IMG/VR virus record: IMGVR_UViG_3300023181_000027
Span: 35,473-99,472 of that record
Reading direction: 5' to 3' (one strand)
Length of the DNA: 64,000 bases
Origin: a virus
Lineage: Duplodnaviria; Heunggongvirae; Uroviricota; Caudoviricetes
The first letter of the stretch is position 1. Every line of letters begins with the position of its first letter. The notes below the pieces were generated by a model. That model saw nothing but the letters and a program-made list of their open reading frames with translations. It searched no databases and was not told the DNA's origin. Below, in pieces: positions 47,243 to 55,947 of this stretch. The translations under genes and the position numbers were made by a program.

Positions 47243-48127
47243 TTACAAGATCTTATAAGGATCCGCTACAGGAATTAATTGCATTTTCAAAATGCTACTT
47301 GTACTGTCTTCACCATGTTCTTTCAAACCGATGGCTACATTCGCGCATCTCACTTCAGTGATTAACGCACAAGCTTCAGTGCCCTCTTCTTTGTAAAACT
47401 CATTGTAGAAGCGGATGGAGATATTACTACCTTCTATCGCAAATCTAACTTGTTTAACATTGCTGATGGTCTGATTCTGATTTAATATAACATCAGTGAG
47501 CAATTTCCTTGACAGACCGCCCATATACATCAGCTGTTTATAAGTAAAGACTGTCCCCATAGCTTCCGTGATGACTAATTTATCAACTTTCGGCACCACT
47601 TGTTGCTTAGGCTTGCTCTGGGGAGTTTTAATCGCCTTTGGTTGCTCAACTGCAGCTTTTACTTGCTTTTGTGGCTCCTCTGATTGCGGCTCTTTTGGAG
47701 CTAACGCCATTGCACGGGTTTTATATTTACCGCGTTTCTTACCAGTTTTGTCATTCTTTTTAGGCTCTTCCACTACAGGAGCACCTTTTACTTCAATTGC
47801 CGGTTTAGGATTGATTGACGCGGTTTCCTTTTTACTGTGGTTTTTCTGGGTGATTGCTTTGATCTTCTCATAGACTTTCTCAGCGAGTTTGAGATCAATT
47901 GCACCGGCACCAAAGTTCCATTGCCACAATCCTTGTTTATTTTCTTCCTTTACAAACTTCAGGATTTCTAATTCCTTTAAAGCCGGTAGGGTTTCATTTT
48001 GTACCTTGTGCTGTTTTAGAAACTGCGTGAGAGATACTTTTACTGGGGTTGGCGAGTTAGTCGCCGTTTTGATGCTGTGTAAGCAAGCGGTTATAGCCGC
48101 CAATCTTTGTGCTGCATTTGCTGCCAT
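47243..48127 (-). CDS. hypothetical protein with a Lys/Pro-rich disordered central region
   Basis: Track ORF. Its middle is low-complexity (KPKQQVVPK, KKNDKTGKKRGKYK). Confidence 0.45.
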   Translation of the reverse strand: MAANAAQRLAAITACLHSIKTATNSPTPVKVSLTQFLKQHKVQNETLPALKELEILKFVKEENKQGLWQWNFGAGAIDLKLAEKVYEKIKAITQKNHSKKETASINPKPAIEVKGAPVVEEPKKNDKTGKKRGKYKTRAMALAPKEPQSEEPQKQVKAAVEQPKAIKTPQSKPKQQVVPKVDKLVITEAMGTVFTYKQLMYMGGLSRKLLTDVILNQNQTISNVKQVRFAIEGSNISIRFYNEFYKEEGTEACALITEVRCANVAIGLKEHGEDSTSSILKMQLIPVADPYKIL

Positions 48128-48455
48128 GATCTAGGTGTTTGAGGTTTAAACATTTAATATCATTATCTACGGCATTTCACCGTAACAGTTTTAACTTTTA
48201 AAGAGTTGGGAGAGAAGCTTCTACTTTGCAGCATTGGTCTGCATTGTTTCCACTCCTTTTTCTCCCAACAGTGCTGATGGAGTGAGGAACCATCTTCCTA
48301 AACAAAACCAACTTGCAGACTTAGGATCTTCTTCCATTTGCGGGCTACAAGCAGCTCCACTTGATAACTTGCCCGTTCCATAGGTCAAAGAACATTAAAA
48401 TCTTACAATCAGATATTCTTGGTCAATACTATCCAGCGTTAGACTGCACTCACTT

Positions 48456-49133
48456 TTAATACCCTTTTCTTTGAAGTAGTTCCATAATAGCTTTTAATTG
48501 TGGGTCATTATCAAAAAGACCACTCAATTCAGAGCTAACGGCAGTTTTCTCTGCCTTTTTCTTACCTAATTCTCCGTCACGCTCTTCGATGATGTGTGAT
48601 TTAATCACTTCCAATACAACTTTAACCATTACTGTCGGTGAAATTCCTTTATCCTGGCCACCTTTATGCATTACCTGCATAGCAATTTCTGCCACTTTGA
48701 TAATATCGAACACGTGATCAACCTGTATATAGGCCACTTTACCTTCCTTATCAGTGGATTTATCAGCTTTCTTCTGAGTGATCTTATCCTGATTTAACAG
48801 GGCCATACCACCTTCATAATTAGCTTCAATTTCGTAATTGTTAAGGTAACAGTACATAGCAACTTTGTATTGCTTTGGAAAGATCATCGCACTGTATTGA
48901 TCACTTGGGCAGAACATTGGAACATGGAGCTTATCAACTTTTATGGTTGCTCTGCCTCCACCTTTCGGTAAAGTTATGAGTGCTCTGCCATCGGTAACTT
49001 CCTCAACAATAACAACCTGACCATACAACTGCTCTGTCATACCAATCATCTTTTCTCTGTTTTTAGGTATTGCAACATATATGCCACCTTTAGCTACATT
49101 GAGAGCTTGTTTTAGAATTATTGTACCTTTCAT
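48456..49133 (-). CDS. hypothetical protein (225 aa)
   Basis: Track ORF preceded by the AAACCCCC upstream element. Confidence 0.45.
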   Translation of the reverse strand: MKGTIILKQALNVAKGGIYVAIPKNREKMIGMTEQLYGQVVIVEEVTDGRALITLPKGGGRATIKVDKLHVPMFCPSDQYSAMIFPKQYKVAMYCYLNNYEIEANYEGGMALLNQDKITQKKADKSTDKEGKVAYIQVDHVFDIIKVAEIAMQVMHKGGQDKGISPTVMVKVVLEVIKSHIIEERDGELGKKKAEKTAVSSELSGLFDNDPQLKAIMELLQRKGY

Positions 49134-49170
49134 TAGTTTGGGGGTTTATAATTAATGGTAATTCAATATT

Positions 49171-49395
49171 TTACTTGATAACAGTACCAACTTCATAGTC
49201 ACTATCTGGTTTCTGTAAGCTAACAAGAGCTCCTTGGAAACCGAAGTCATTTTGACTGACATACACTCTATCACCTACATTAAAGGCTTTATCTGTGTAG
49301 ACTACGGAATTGTTACGTAATTTAACTTTACTTTTGACATTACTAATACAACTAACCAGAAGCATCGGTAATAAGAATAATAACAGCTTTTTCAT
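49171..49395 (-). CDS. small lipoprotein (74 aa)
   Basis: MKKLLLFLLPMLLVSC signal peptide and lipobox. Confidence 0.5.
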   Translation of the reverse strand: MKKLLLFLLPMLLVSCISNVKSKVKLRNNSVVYTDKAFNVGDRVYVSQNDFGFQGALVSLQKPDSDYEVGTVIK

Positions 49396-49488
49396 TTTGT
49401 TACGGGGTTTTAATTAACAGTTTAAAAAAGAAGAGTGACCGGCATCCACCAGGTCACTCTACGGGCTAATAGTTGTTACATTATGAGG

Positions 49489-49573
49489 CGCGAGTGAATG
49501 GATTCGAACCACCGACCTGTGTCCATCTGCTAAGCATGGGGAACCACCGCTCTACCGACTGAGCTACACTCGC
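49489..49573 (-). tRNA. tRNA (85 nt, probably a long-variable-arm type), with a CUUAGCA loop
   Basis: Acceptor GCGAGUG/CACUCGC, D-arm UAGCUCAGUCGGUAGAGC, T-loop UUCGAAU. The anticodon assignment is uncertain (possibly UAG). Confidence 0.5.
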
Positions 49574-49579
49574 ATGAGA

Positions 49580-50080
49580 TTACCAACCTGGATCTCTATG
49601 CTTAACAAGGTAATTATATAACTCCTCGCCACTCATGAATTTACCAACTTGGTAATTTGGGTCTTTGAAACGTTCAGCGGATGGATTGGTCACTGTAAGT
49701 ATGTGGTTATTGTGACGTAGGGTCCACAAGCTATAACCAGCTTTATCACTGTAGGTTTCCATCATACGCCAAGAGAATGCTTTTACATAGTCTCCTGTTG
49801 TGTTACCACGTTTATCATAACCAGCATTTGGATCATACGTTTCATCGTCTCCATCAACTCTATTAATGTTTGTAGGTATCCCAACAGTGAGGAGTCCAAC
49901 CTTTAACATGGAATCCACTTTCAATTGGTATTTGTTTTTCACTTTAACAGGCACACTCACTGGAACCACTACAATAGGCTCTACAGTTTTAGCTGGCTCT
50001 GGGTAAAATACTGTTTTGTCACAACTCATTAAGAATAGTGGTGTTAGTAACAGCAAGACTAAGTTGGCTAACTTTTTCAT
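49580..50080 (-). CDS. lipoprotein (166 aa)
   Basis: MKKLANLVLLLLTPLFLMSC signal peptide and lipobox. Confidence 0.5.
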   Translation of the reverse strand: MKKLANLVLLLLTPLFLMSCDKTVFYPEPAKTVEPIVVVPVSVPVKVKNKYQLKVDSMLKVGLLTVGIPTNINRVDGDDETYDPNAGYDKRGNTTGDYVKAFSWRMMETYSDKAGYSLWTLRHNNHILTVTNPSAERFKDPNYQVGKFMSGEELYNYLVKHRDPGW

Positions 50081-50122
50081 TTTGATTTGGGGGTTTTAAT
50101 ATTATGATTGTTTGTCTTTTCA

Positions 50123-50518
50123 TTAACTGGCGTAGGCGTTTAGCATTTGTACAAGAATGTCGAGATCAGTGGAGATAGCAGCACCTGCAGCACCTCTCTG
50201 TGCAGCTAATTGACTAACTGCATAAAGTGACTTTTGCTGGTGTACATCAAAACCATCAAGTAACCCATAGAATATGGTACGCTTGTCTTTACGGTAACAA
50301 GAGTCTATAACTTCAGCAATACTAAAGAAACCGATTATCTCTTTGCTAATCACATATAAATGCACGTTACATAGGTCTTTCTGTCGCTCTTCTTCTGCTT
50401 GTGCTTCTGGTGTCCAGTCAGCTACTACAGGATTGAAATAGTCCACTTTTAATTGAGGGATAAGTTGGTCTCTCCAAGTACTGTTGTTGCAAGTACCACC
50501 TAAAAAGATTTTAGTCAT
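50123..50518 (-). CDS. nucleoside 2-deoxyribosyltransferase-like protein, paralog of 21256..21735
   Basis: N-terminal KIFLGGTCNNSTWRDQLIPQL matches the (I/V)(F/Y)LxG...(T/D)WR signature of NDT-like proteins. Confidence 0.45.
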   Translation of the reverse strand: MTKIFLGGTCNNSTWRDQLIPQLKVDYFNPVVADWTPEAQAEEERQKDLCNVHLYVISKEIIGFFSIAEVIDSCYRKDKRTIFYGLLDGFDVHQQKSLYAVSQLAAQRGAAGAAISTDLDILVQMLNAYAS

Positions 50519-50534
50519 GATTGTATATTTAAGA

Positions 50535-50969
50535 TTAAGATTTCCACTTCATAAGTAATGCGTGCATTAGAAACTCATTAGGATCTTGCATTACCACTTT
50601 AAATGACATATCAACATAGATCAACTCAGTTTCTTGTTTATCCAGATCGGTCATTTGATCAAAGATTTCACCAATATCAGGGCATACGAGATGTGAGGTG
50701 GATTTAACGTAGAATGGTATCTCTCTAATCACTTCTGGGCACCCACCTATCCACTCACCTAATTTGCCACCAGCATATAAGTAAGAAAACTCACGTGGTG
50801 TGTCTTTCACTTTACTCATCACTCGATTACCAAATGTGTAGAAACCGTACTTTGTGCCACCACCTTTCCAACCTAGTTGAACTGGTGTAATCCTCTTTAA
50901 TAGCTCGCGGCATTCCTCATCAGAGGTACGGCCATAATTCTTTAATAAACGTTCGATGTTTGTCATCAT
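50535..50969 (-). CDS. hypothetical protein (144 aa)
   Basis: Track ORF. Confidence 0.45.
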   Translation of the reverse strand: MMTNIERLLKNYGRTSDEECRELLKRITPVQLGWKGGGTKYGFYTFGNRVMSKVKDTPREFSYLYAGGKLGEWIGGCPEVIREIPFYVKSTSHLVCPDIGEIFDQMTDLDKQETELIYVDMSFKVVMQDPNEFLMHALLMKWKS

Positions 50970-51363
50970 TGTGGTTTAGCGGTAAGTAAAAAAAGAGTAA
51001 TACACCTCTAATGCATCACTCTTCGATCAATAAAACAATAACAAATTTAGCACCCTCTACATTTCATCGCCGGGTAAGCAGCAATATAGCAGTTAGGGTC
51101 AAGCCTGACACTCTTACGCCCGAAGGCTATTCGCATAACTCTAAAGGGATTATAAAAACCCTCACGCTTGTCAAAGGCGTATATACGGTTAGGATTACTC
51201 CATTACTCGGTGTCAATTCACCGATAACATCTTTAACTGCTCTCCACCGTTTTACTGGTGGGTCATGACAGTTCAGGATCAATGTTTAGCCTGGTTTTCC
51301 TAGGACACTCTTGTGTACACGTTCTTCACGAACTCTAGAATAGCACTCACACCGGTGTGAGTT

Positions 51364-51473
51364 GGGAGAAGGACGGGATTCGAACTCGCGACCACGGCAA
51401 CCAAAAGCTTATTAAAGGCTTCTAAGTGATAAAATCACTGTGTTACGTGCTCTGAACCAGCTGAGCTACCTTC
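51364..51473 (-). tRNA. tRNA gene with an insert of about 35 nt (110 nt) carrying an AGUGAU-UUU-AUCACU hairpin
   Basis: Acceptor GGAGAAG/CUUCUCC, D-arm UAGCUCAGCUGGUUCAGAGC, T-loop UUCGAAU. Motif at about 51419-51441, identical in context (AGUGAU...AUCACUUAGAAG) to the 38354..38465 gene. Confidence 0.5.
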
Positions 51474-51488
51474 TCCGTGTGTTGTAAT

Positions 51489-51523
51489 GTAAAAAAGGTG
51501 ACGTTCCTCCGAACAATCACCTT
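51489..51523 (-). terminator. rho-independent terminator
   Basis: In the minus sense, AGGUGA-(15-nt loop)-UCACCU is followed by UUUUUU. It sits downstream of queD and upstream of the tRNA. Confidence 0.5.
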
Positions 51524-51712
51524 CTAAATTAAAAAAATTGTCTAACAATGAAAATCCTTATTTAAAAACAAGAGCGTGGCAGGATTTTAGGCATGAACAG
51601 GTAAATGGTGATTGTAGCACCCCCCTTGTATTTAGCGCCTCTAGGAAGCCCCCGCGACCGTACGCTTAGCCGGTCCTTTGCCGCATGCCACCCTGCACAC
51701 GCTCTAACTCGT

Positions 51713-52099
51713 TTATGCGACCATACTCATATAAATGTGGTCTTTAACGAATATGTTTGTGAGTTTCGCCATAGCGGACTCTCTACCCATTTCGTCTATA
51801 GGTGTAATCACTACTTTGACAGCCATTGGATCTACTCTTTTCCTCTCCAATGTTGTTAATATTGTCTTCATGATAACCTGATGCATTTCCTCGCAACTAC
51901 CTGCATGTTTTATGTTACGAATGGCATCATCAACATCTTGATGATCGATCAGAAAGCCTCTGCTATCTAAACGAATTGTTGGGTCAAATACAATCTTGCA
52001 GGTGTAGTTGTAGCCATGATGGCCAACCCCTTTACATTGATTGCTTGTTGCTTTGTGTGGTTTAAAGTGGCCCACTCTTTCCATGACGAAGAACTCCAT
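51713..52099 (-). CDS. queD: 6-pyruvoyl-tetrahydropterin synthase family protein (QueD/PTPS-like)
   Basis: Zn-binding signature CKGVGHHGYNY (CxxxHGH.Y), and the size (128 aa) fits PTPS/QueD. Confidence 0.6.
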   Translation of the reverse strand: MEFFVMERVGHFKPHKATSNQCKGVGHHGYNYTCKIVFDPTIRLDSRGFLIDHQDVDDAIRNIKHAGSCEEMHQVIMKTILTTLERKRVDPMAVKVVITPIDEMGRESAMAKLTNIFVKDHIYMSMVA

Positions 52100-52121
52100 A
52101 ATATAGATCTTTTAAAAACAG

Positions 52122-52376
52122 TTACAAAGAGATACTTTTCTTTCCCCATTGAATGTTGTTCCATAATCTTTCATATACGAGATAAACTATGGTAAGAATG
52201 AGGTGAATTAAGATGGCACTGCCTATGCCAGTAAAGCAGGCAGTAATTGATGTGGTGATCAACTTGAAGAAGATGGTTTTAACTACACTACGTTTTACAG
52301 TGTCTAATTGTTGTGTGTTGTTCATTGTTTCGCGGGGTTTAAATGTTTTTACTTCGCTCTTGCGTAGAGAATCCAA
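52122..52376 (-). CDS. small membrane protein (84 aa)
   Basis: Two hydrophobic helices. Confidence 0.4.
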   Translation of the reverse strand: MDSLRKSEVKTFKPRETMNNTQQLDTVKRSVVKTIFFKLITTSITACFTGIGSAILIHLILTIVYLVYERLWNNIQWGKKSISL

Positions 52377-52680
52377 TTCAAGTCATCAGCATCTTCAATT
52401 GTCGCTATATAAGTTGACTCGGTATTCTTATCATACACTGTATTACCAATCTTTGTTTCGGTGTAGTATATAATATAATCCACACCATCAATAGTTACTA
52501 TTTCCATTTTTGTAAGTTTACAGATTAAAGAGACGAGAGGCTAATAGATTGTTATTCTTGTCTGTCTAGCTTATTAGCTGTTCATGTGCCGAAACATGGA
52601 GATTCACCATGCACTCTCGTACGCACCTTAGTGCTCTCTTTTAATGAAGCTATGTGTAACTACACCACTTAGCTTATTTG

Positions 52681-52750
52681 TGGACCCGAAGGGTTTCGAA
52701 CCCTTGTCCGGTTGTGCTGCAAAGCAGCTTTCTACACGCTTATCCTTTTT
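52681..52750 (-). ncRNA. tRNA-like fragment or minihelix (T-arm AAGGG-UUCGAAA-CCCUU plus a GCUGC-UUU-GCAGC triloop hairpin)
   Basis: Canonical T-arm and an acceptor-like 3' end, but no matching 5' acceptor strand nearby. It abuts the 1.2-kb ORF-free structured region. Confidence 0.3.
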
Positions 52751-53605
52751 TATGTCACTGTTAGGATCAGTCTTACCCTATTTCACGTTCGGATTTGTTA
52801 CATCTTTAATGTGAGGTAACTCCCACGTTTTAAGTTTTAATTTAGGCAAGCTAAGCTGTTTCTCACTTCGCTTCATCACAGACTTTACTGTTCGTGGGTT
52901 CATTTAATCTGACTAGTTCATAGATTTTCACCTACGACCGCACCTCCCGCCCTTAACATGCTATTTTCCGTTCCCCGCATAGCTGCGCGTTGGTTAAACC
53001 AGCTCGTAAGCCAGGTTTGCTTCAATGTGTGCGAGCACATCATCGATACCAGTTGTAGAAAGCTCTACGTTGTTTGTGTTGCCACTTATTGTTTTTACAC
53101 CTTACTTTGTACGGGTTGGGTGCCATGCCGTGCGTGCTTACTACTCAACTATCACCCCGTCAAATCCATACGGGCCCATGTTGTTTGTTTAATTTAAAGC
53201 CACCACTTCACCAGTTCCGTAAGATGAAGTGGTAGCCTAAGGTTGGAATGAGTTTAATAAACCCACCTGTCCCACGCATCCTGGTTTAGTCTCCAGAGCC
53301 TTGGAATGTTGTTGGTTTAGAACACTAACATAGGTCCATTCTAGTACCTAGATTTATTGCTAACAGAGCGTACACACTGCGTGTGCTTCAGTGTATTTCT
53401 ACACTTCATTCGAAAGCACGGATTTCTGCCCGCACTTGCCACAGATTAATAGCAAAAGCATTCATAAGGATTGTGCACATCCTCCCAATATTGTTGAATG
53501 ACCAGTATACGAGTTTAAGGAGATACGTAATTAGCTCCGTTTCAATGTGTTTAAGGGTTAACTGGTTCCATTATAGCCCACACTTTTTAGTTGTTCATGT
53601 TTTGA

Positions 53606-53905
53606 TTATTGTAACTCCCAAAGCTCATCACTGATTTTATCTTGCTCGGCTTGAGTATGACGTATTTTAAACTTAACAGTGCACTTTCTACGTGCATTGA
53701 TTTGTTTCACCAACTTCTCTCTTGTTAGAGTGTAGGTGTTGAGTGCAACAGCATGTTCCTGACATGGAACAAAACCGTTAAATGTAGCCTCTTTCACTTC
53801 TGGGCTACGTAAGAGATGTGGAATTGCTTGATTACCAAATGCTTTAATACAGCATTCAGGGTAGCCAAGAAACTCTCCATATACACGATTGTACGTTGTT
53901 TCCAT
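53606..53905 (-). CDS. hypothetical protein (99 aa)
   Basis: Track ORF. Confidence 0.4.
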   Translation of the reverse strand: METTYNRVYGEFLGYPECCIKAFGNQAIPHLLRSPEVKEATFNGFVPCQEHAVALNTYTLTREKLVKQINARRKCTVKFKIRHTQAEQDKISDELWELQ

Positions 53906-53908
53906 AGT

Positions 53909-54157
53909 TTAATAGGTTGTGATTACTTTAACAGTTAATTTAGGATGCTTTGTGCGATGATATTTAACTGTACCAGCTCTACTCTTTAACACTTTAGTAA
54001 TGAATTCGTGCGCTTGCCACTGCGTGATAGACATTGGTGTATCCATCATTAACATAAATCTAATGTTATTATAGAGTTCATCATCTTTTATAGGTGAGGT
54101 GGAAACAAGATCTTTTGTGCCATCTTCATTGATGATTGCGTATTGGAACTTCTTCAT
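53909..54157 (-). CDS. hypothetical protein (82 aa)
   Basis: Track ORF. CTGTTTATAAGTAAAGTC lies just upstream. Confidence 0.4.
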   Translation of the reverse strand: MKKFQYAIINEDGTKDLVSTSPIKDDELYNNIRFMLMMDTPMSITQWQAHEFITKVLKSRAGTVKYHRTKHPKLTVKVITTY

Positions 54158-54348
54158 ACTGACTTTACTTATAAACAGTGGGCAAAGTTACACATTATTA
54201 CCCAGAATGTGTAGAGAATGATTACAATTACCACCCATCCAAATAAGCCAAATAGCCAATTCACTGGTGGTTCGTCTTCTTTACCTTTTTGAAAGAGTAA
54301 GGAGTTCTTGGCAAATGTGCGGAGTGAGGGTTTCTGTGTCATCGTTAT

Positions 54349-54564
54349 TTAGTTTATCTCGTGAAGGAATGCCAACTCCATCTTCTTACAAACTGCCTTC
54401 GCCACAACACCGTGGTATATGCATTTGCCATTGACGAAGTGAGCTAGCCCTGGACTGTTCTTTTTTATGTCGGCTAACATCTGCTCAGCTTCTTCTGGAT
54501 CCCAATAATTGGTCCAGCTTTCACCTTCCATGAATAAAGTTACGACCTTTAACTTGTGTGCCAT
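54349..54564 (-). CDS. hypothetical protein (71 aa)
   Basis: Track ORF. Confidence 0.35.
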   Translation of the reverse strand: MAHKLKVVTLFMEGESWTNYWDPEEAEQMLADIKKNSPGLAHFVNGKCIYHGVVAKAVCKKMELAFLHEIN

Positions 54565-54621
54565 TGATGGAATGATAAGAACGATTGGATGCTAGCACAT
54601 CCAATCGTTGATTTGTTTCGT

Positions 54622-54843
54622 TTAACTTTCGCTTTCAGCTTTGTTAGCTTTGGCACCTTTGGCATCGAAATCTGGATGATCAGAGTTCTTATGATAGACT
54701 GGTTTCCCGTCTTTCATTTCGGCTTTATCAACGTGCTCACTTCCTGTATTACTCGCGTGTGGTGCTGAAGAGTGATACTGTCTGTCGTTGTCTCTAGGTC
54801 CATTCACATTGGTGGTGTTGCCACTTTTCGCTTCGTTTTTCAT
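54622..54843 (-). CDS. small hydrophilic stress-protein-like protein (73 aa)
   Basis: Highly charged and Gly/Lys/Asp-rich. Confidence 0.35.
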   Translation of the reverse strand: MKNEAKSGNTTNVNGPRDNDRQYHSSAPHASNTGSEHVDKAEMKDGKPVYHKNSDHPDFDAKGAKANKAESES

Positions 54844-54887
54844 AGCTTTTGGTATTTAGTTAAACAATATGGCCTGCAAAATGCAGG

Positions 54888-54975
54888 TTGTGACGGGTAT
54901 GGGAATCGAACCCAAGTCAGTGAGTCTCTGCATCCCTGCATTAACCCCTAGTAATGGCACCCTTTCGTGCAACTA
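54888..54975 (-). ncRNA. tRNA-like element (T-arm UUGGG-UUCGAUU-CCCAU), with the 5' half not resolved
   Basis: A T-arm and a 3' acceptor-like strand are recognisable. This 160-nt stretch has no ORF. Confidence 0.3.
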
Positions 54976-55006
54976 TCCGCATTATACTGAACCCGCCATG
55001 TGTTGT

Positions 55007-55468
55007 TTAAAATGTAAAATTCTCCGGCAGCTGAGCTTCTGCACCTGCATGCTTCAGTCTGTTTTCAATCTCTGGTGTCCATTCAATGTAATTGAATATT
55101 GGTAGTTCTTTGATTGATTGCTCTTTACCATCTAATAAGACGACTACAGAGTTACCAATTGTACGATTACCAGTATCTTCTACAAGAATTTGTCTGTGTT
55201 TTGGTACACGTAAGGATTGAAACTCCTCTCTAAACTCTGCTGTTACATCATCCCACTTGTTGTTCAACCACAATACTCTTAGTTTGAGTAGGGCTTCAGC
55301 GGCGAAGTCAGCTTTGTAATCTAAGGGTATATCGTTTACACTCTTTTCAATGGTTTGCTTAACTAATTCATAGAAGTCAGCAGTAAGCACATAGATCAAA
55401 TACTTTTTCATGTTTATATTGAAGGTTTTGGTTACTGTTTTGATAAAACGGGTGAGTGTGCTTACCAC
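55007..55468 (-). CDS. hypothetical protein (153 aa)
   Basis: Track ORF. Confidence 0.45.
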   Translation of the reverse strand: MVSTLTRFIKTVTKTFNINMKKYLIYVLTADFYELVKQTIEKSVNDIPLDYKADFAAEALLKLRVLWLNNKWDDVTAEFREEFQSLRVPKHRQILVEDTGNRTIGNSVVVLLDGKEQSIKELPIFNYIEWTPEIENRLKHAGAEAQLPENFTF

Positions 55469-55632
55469 TCACCCGTTTTACTGTTTATGTATAATAGAAG
55501 ACAATTTGGTGATATTTGTTTATACGTGAGGATGCATGACAACATCTAGTGTTAGTTTACTGTCGTTCTGTTGAAACGTGTGTGGGTTTCACACACTCGA
55601 CATAACACCCGTACTATCCCTAGTCCGACTAT

Positions 55633-55890
55633 TCATTTTTTGACTACTGCTTTCAGTATGGCTAGCATTTGTGGTGCTATTGGTATCATTTTATCTGCGA
55701 ACTCTTTGTTCTCTCTATGCTCTGTTCGTAGGAAGTGATATTCCTCTTTAAGCTTGGAGAGTTGTTCATCAGTGAGATTGAAGCGGTAGATGGTGTGGAC
55801 TTTACCACGTTGATCGATACACTTTAGCCAACTATATGGGCCATTACCAATAGTGGCGAAGCATTTGAGTGCTCTAGTAGAAAATGCCAT
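55633..55890 (-). CDS. hypothetical protein (85 aa)
   Basis: Track ORF. Confidence 0.4.
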   Translation of the reverse strand: MAFSTRALKCFATIGNGPYSWLKCIDQRGKVHTIYRFNLTDEQLSKLKEEYHFLRTEHRENKEFADKMIPIAPQMLAILKAVVKK

Positions 55891-55947
55891 TTTTATTTGG
55901 TTTAGTGTGGAAAAAGTTGTATTTTTTACTATTAATAAAGACTTTAC

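Noticed and set aside
49489-49573. Considering the tRNA at 49489..49573 as another insert-containing tRNA
   Set aside because: Its length (85 nt) matches a normal type II long-variable-arm tRNA and it lacks the AGTGA/TCACT hairpin, so it is kept as an ordinary tRNA.
52958-53634. Plus-strand ORFs 52958..53197 and 53383..53634 inside the ORF-free structured region
   Set aside because: They lie on the opposite strand to all neighbours, have Cys/Leu-rich junk-like composition, and coincide with strong RNA helices. They are treated as chance ORFs within a putative ncRNA or pseudogene.
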